From assembly GCA_964350815.1 (NCBI GenBank), contig CAYGKW010000002.1:24447-88446 (forward strand): 64,000 nucleotides of DNA, read 5' to 3'. The notes below the pieces were generated by a model that did not search any database, was not told the DNA's origin, and saw nothing but the letters and a program-made list of their open reading frames with translations. Both the position numbers and the translations under genes were made by a program. This stretch comes from an uncultured Rhizobiaceae bacterium (GTDB lineage Bacteria > Pseudomonadota > Alphaproteobacteria > UBA7879 > VGCX01). The first letter of the stretch is position 1; every line of letters begins with the position of its first letter. Below, in pieces: positions 60,871-64,000 of this stretch.

Positions 60871-61950
60871 ATGAATAATGAACAATATGCGATACTACGT
60901 CTGATTCGTAGCGAGGGTATTGGGCCCATTCGCTTTTATAAGTTGGTTGATCATTATGGTACTGCAAAAAAAGTTATTGAGAATTGGTCAGATGTTCAAG
61001 CACGTATCAAATCAGCTAGACTGTGCGTTGAAAAACAAATTGACTGGGAAATTAAGAAAGCGGTTTCGCAAAATATTACCCCCTTGTTTTATAATTCATC
61101 GGATTATCCAACACAGCTTAAAGATTTAACAGACCATCCGCCTGTGTTAATGGTCAAAGGGGACAAATCCCTTCTTTATAAAAAATCAATTGCCATTGTT
61201 GGGGCGCGGAATTCTTCCCTTAATGGTAATAAATTAACCTATTTAATCGCAAAAAAGTTGGGGGATTATGGATGGGGCACAATTTCTGGATTGGCGCGCG
61301 GTATCGATAAATCAGCCCATGAAGGAAGCCTTTCAACGGGTACAATTGCTGTTGTGGCGGGCGGGGTTGATGTTGTATATCCTGAAGAAAATAAAAAATT
61401 ATATGACCAAATTTGTAAGCAAGGGGTGGTTGTTAGTGAATGCCCAGTTGGGATGACTCCCCAAGCCCAAGGCTTTCCAAGACGAAATCGCTTGATTTCA
61501 GCCCTATCAAAAGGGGTTTTGGTTGTTGAGGCCTCTTTACAATCAGGATCAATGATTACAGCAAACAACGCCCTGGACCAAGGCAGAGAAGTTTTTGCGG
61601 TACCTGGATCCCCTTTAGATCCAAGGTGTCGTGGCCCAAATAAATTAATTAAACAAGGGGCAAAGTTGGTTGAATCTGCAGAAGATATTATTGAAAACTT
61701 ATCAGAGTTTTCTATAGAAAATAATGCGGCAAAACCTATGGATTTATTTACAAACACCTACGAATCATCATCAGCGTTATCAAAAAATATTTTGGAAAAA
61801 TTGGGGGGGTCCCCTGTTTCTTTGGATTCATTGGCAGAGGCAACAAATATAACCTTAAGGCAATTATCAACCGTGTTATCGGAACTGGAATTAGAAGAAA
61901 AAATAACCCGACATCCCGGAGGACGTATATCATTACGCTTGCAAGCGTGA
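60871..61950 (+). CDS. dprA: DNA-processing protein DprA
   Basis: AIVGARNSS, SGLARGID, FPRRNR, SGSMITA, GREVFAVPG. Confidence 0.95.
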   Translation: MNNEQYAILRLIRSEGIGPIRFYKLVDHYGTAKKVIENWSDVQARIKSARLCVEKQIDWEIKKAVSQNITPLFYNSSDYPTQLKDLTDHPPVLMVKGDKSLLYKKSIAIVGARNSSLNGNKLTYLIAKKLGDYGWGTISGLARGIDKSAHEGSLSTGTIAVVAGGVDVVYPEENKKLYDQICKQGVVVSECPVGMTPQAQGFPRRNRLISALSKGVLVVEASLQSGSMITANNALDQGREVFAVPGSPLDPRCRGPNKLIKQGAKLVESAEDIIENLSEFSIENNAAKPMDLFTNTYESSSALSKNILEKLGGSPVSLDSLAEATNITLRQLSTVLSELELEEKITRHPGGRISLRLQA

Positions 61951-62013
61951 AATCATTCGATTATAACAAAAATAAAAGTAAAACCGGTTTCAGGTTAGGT
62001 TAGGACTACATAT

Positions 62014-64000
62014 ATGAAAGTTGTTATTGTTGAATCACCCGCGAAAGCAAAATCCATTAATAAATATCTTGGATCTGGCTACAAAGTAATTGCCAGTTAT
62101 GGGCATGTAAGGGATTTGCCATCCAAGAATGGATCTGTGGACCCGGACCAAGATTTCCAAATGATTTGGGAAGTTGGGGCTGATTCAAAAAAACAAATGA
62201 AGGCCATTCAAGACGAGGTTAAGGCAGCAGATACTATCTATCTTGCAACTGACCCTGACCGTGAAGGGGAAGCCATTGCTTGGCACGTGCTTGAAGTCCT
62301 AAAAGAAAAAAAGCTTTTGAAAGATAAAAAAATCTTTCGAAGTGTTTTTTATGAAATTACAAAAAAGGCGGTTGTTGCTGCCATTGAAAATCCTCGTGAA
62401 TTAAATGATGAACTGATCAAGGCTTACCTTGCCAGGCGTGCCTTGGACTATTTGGTTGGTTTTAATATCTCCCCAGTCTTGTGGCGTAAACTTCCGGGCA
62501 GTAAATCTGCAGGGCGTGTGCAATCTGTTGCCTTACGCTTGATTACAGATCGCGAAGCAGAAATAGAAAAGTTTGATCCACAGGAATATTGGACAATTGA
62601 TGTTGATCTATTAACCTCTGCCAGTAAAAAAGTGGTTGCACGCTTAACCTATTTGGATGGTGAAAAACTAAGCAAGTTTTCATTAGGCGATGAAAAGACA
62701 GCAAAGGCAGCAGTTGCTAAAATTGAAAAACAAGATTTTTCAGTTGAAAGCGTTAAGAAAAAGCAAGTTAGAAGGAATCCTTCCCCCCCCTTTATCACAT
62801 CAACGTTGCAACAAGAAGCATCCCGTAAACTTGGATATGGGGCAGGCCGTACAATGCAGCTGGCCCAAAAACTATATGAAGGGGTTGAACTTGGTGGGGA
62901 AACCGTTGGTTTAATCACTTATATGCGTACAGACAGTGTTAACATGTCAAATGATGCGGTACAGGCTTGTCGTAAGGTTATAGAATCTGACTATGGTAAA
63001 GATTATTTGCCTGACGCCCCACGTTTCTATAAAAGCAAGGCCAAGAACGCACAAGAAGCCCACGAAGCCATTCGTCCAACAGACTTAAGCCGTCACCCCA
63101 GAACGTTATCTAAGATTCTAGATCCACAGCAGTTAAAATTGTATGACCTGGTATGGAAGCGTGCAATGGCATCGCAGATGAACAATGCCATTTTGGATCA
63201 AGTAACGATCGATATGATTTCAGGTGATAGCCAAATAAAATTAAGGGTTACAGGGTCAACCATTGCCTTTGATGGGTTCTACGTTTTGTATAAAGAAGGT
63301 CGGGATGATGATCAAGATGAAGATCAAGAAAAAATGCTTCCGCCTTTGCAAGAAAAAGAAAATCTTGAAAAAGAAAAAGTAACCCCGGACCAGCACTTTA
63401 CACAGCCGCCGCCACGGTACAGTGAAGCAAGTTTGGTAAAGAAATTAGAAGAACTTGGCATTGGCCGTCCATCGACCTATGCGTCCATCATCCAAGTTTT
63501 ACAGGCCAGGGATTATGTCCGGCTGGAAAAGAAACAGTTTATTCCTGAGGGAAGGGGGCGCTTGGTTGCCACTTTCTTACAAAATTATTTTGCAAAATAT
63601 GTGGAATATGATTTCACGGCCAGCCTAGAGGATGAGTTGGATAAAGTTTCCAGAGGGGAAGTTGATTGGAAAGATATTCTAAAGACATTCTGGACAAACT
63701 TTATTGAAACAATAGACAAAACAAAAGATTTGAAAATATCAGATGTTTTGGATGTTTTAGATGATGAATTGGGTCAGTACTTTTTTCCTGACAAAAATAG
63801 AACATGTCCCGATTGTAAAAATGATACATTGCATCTGAAACTGGGTAAATTTGGCGCCTTTATTGGATGTGAAAATTATCCAGAGTGTAAATACACACAG
63901 CAAATCGTTGATAAATCAAAGAAAGAGGGTGGGGAAGAAAAAGTGGATACAAAGAAAGATGAAGCCTATCCAAAATTGCTTGGAAAAGATCCTGAAACAG
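62014..64000 (+). CDS. topA: DNA topoisomerase I, 5' part; runs off the window
   Basis: Manual translation MKVVIVESPAKAK...ASYGHVRDL...ATDPDREGEAI...SAGRVQS...LITYMRTDS...GIGRPSTY; follows dprA. Confidence 0.97.
   Translation, partial: MKVVIVESPAKAKSINKYLGSGYKVIASYGHVRDLPSKNGSVDPDQDFQMIWEVGADSKKQMKAIQDEVKAADTIYLATDPDREGEAIAWHVLEVLKEKKLLKDKKIFRSVFYEITKKAVVAAIENPRELNDELIKAYLARRALDYLVGFNISPVLWRKLPGSKSAGRVQSVALRLITDREAEIEKFDPQEYWTIDVDLLTSASKKVVARLTYLDGEKLSKFSLGDEKTAKAAVAKIEKQDFSVESVKKKQVRRNPSPPFITSTLQQEASRKLGYGAGRTMQLAQKLYEGVELGGETVGLITYMRTDSVNMSNDAVQACRKVIESDYGKDYLPDAPRFYKSKAKNAQEAHEAIRPTDLSRHPRTLSKILDPQQLKLYDLVWKRAMASQMNNAILDQVTIDMISGDSQIKLRVTGSTIAFDGFYVLYKEGRDDDQDEDQEKMLPPLQEKENLEKEKVTPDQHFTQPPPRYSEASLVKKLEELGIGRPSTYASIIQVLQARDYVRLEKKQFIPEGRGRLVATFLQNYFAKYVEYDFTASLEDELDKVSRGEVDWKDILKTFWTNFIETIDKTKDLKISDVLDVLDDELGQYFFPDKNRTCPDCKNDTLHLKLGKFGAFIGCENYPECKYTQQIVDKSKKEGGEEKVDTKKDEAYPKLLGKDPET

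Overview
Mostly core chromosome of an AT-rich alphaproteobacterium. The gene orders sdhE/recG, DUF2948-murA, DUF3576-leuS-lptE-holA, the atpI-B-E-b'-b F0 operon, sucAB-lpdA and plsY-dprA-topA fit this. Many signal-peptide-bearing eukaryote-like orphans (LRR, ankyrin, Cys-string proteins) suggest a host-associated lineage such as Holosporales; this is an inference, not a placement. Accessory material sits at 1.6-4.6 kb and 7.2-15.4 kb (candidate effectors, an SBP-TRIC channel fusion, a LuxR-type regulator), at 17.3-25.1 kb (decayed island: resolvase and HigB remnants, acyltransferase-3, IS3 remnant, Cys-string proteins) and at 29.7-30.2 kb (nested RPE/WPE-like palindromes). Most notable: (i) two stand-alone binding-protein/channel fusions, SBP-TRIC and a GluR0-like channel lacking the GYG filter; (ii) a LysR locus flanked by an unannotated 24-aa hydrophobic peptide with a 24-bp hairpin and by a structured anti-SD candidate sRNA; (iii) a yhhQ-tgt pair with a GGSLG loop suggesting host-queuine salvage; (iv) an FAD-oxidoreductase-LRR fusion whose RBS and start codon are locked in a hairpin. 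No CRISPR array, rRNA or intact integrase/transposase was seen. All family assignments come from motif recognition by eye, not database searches.
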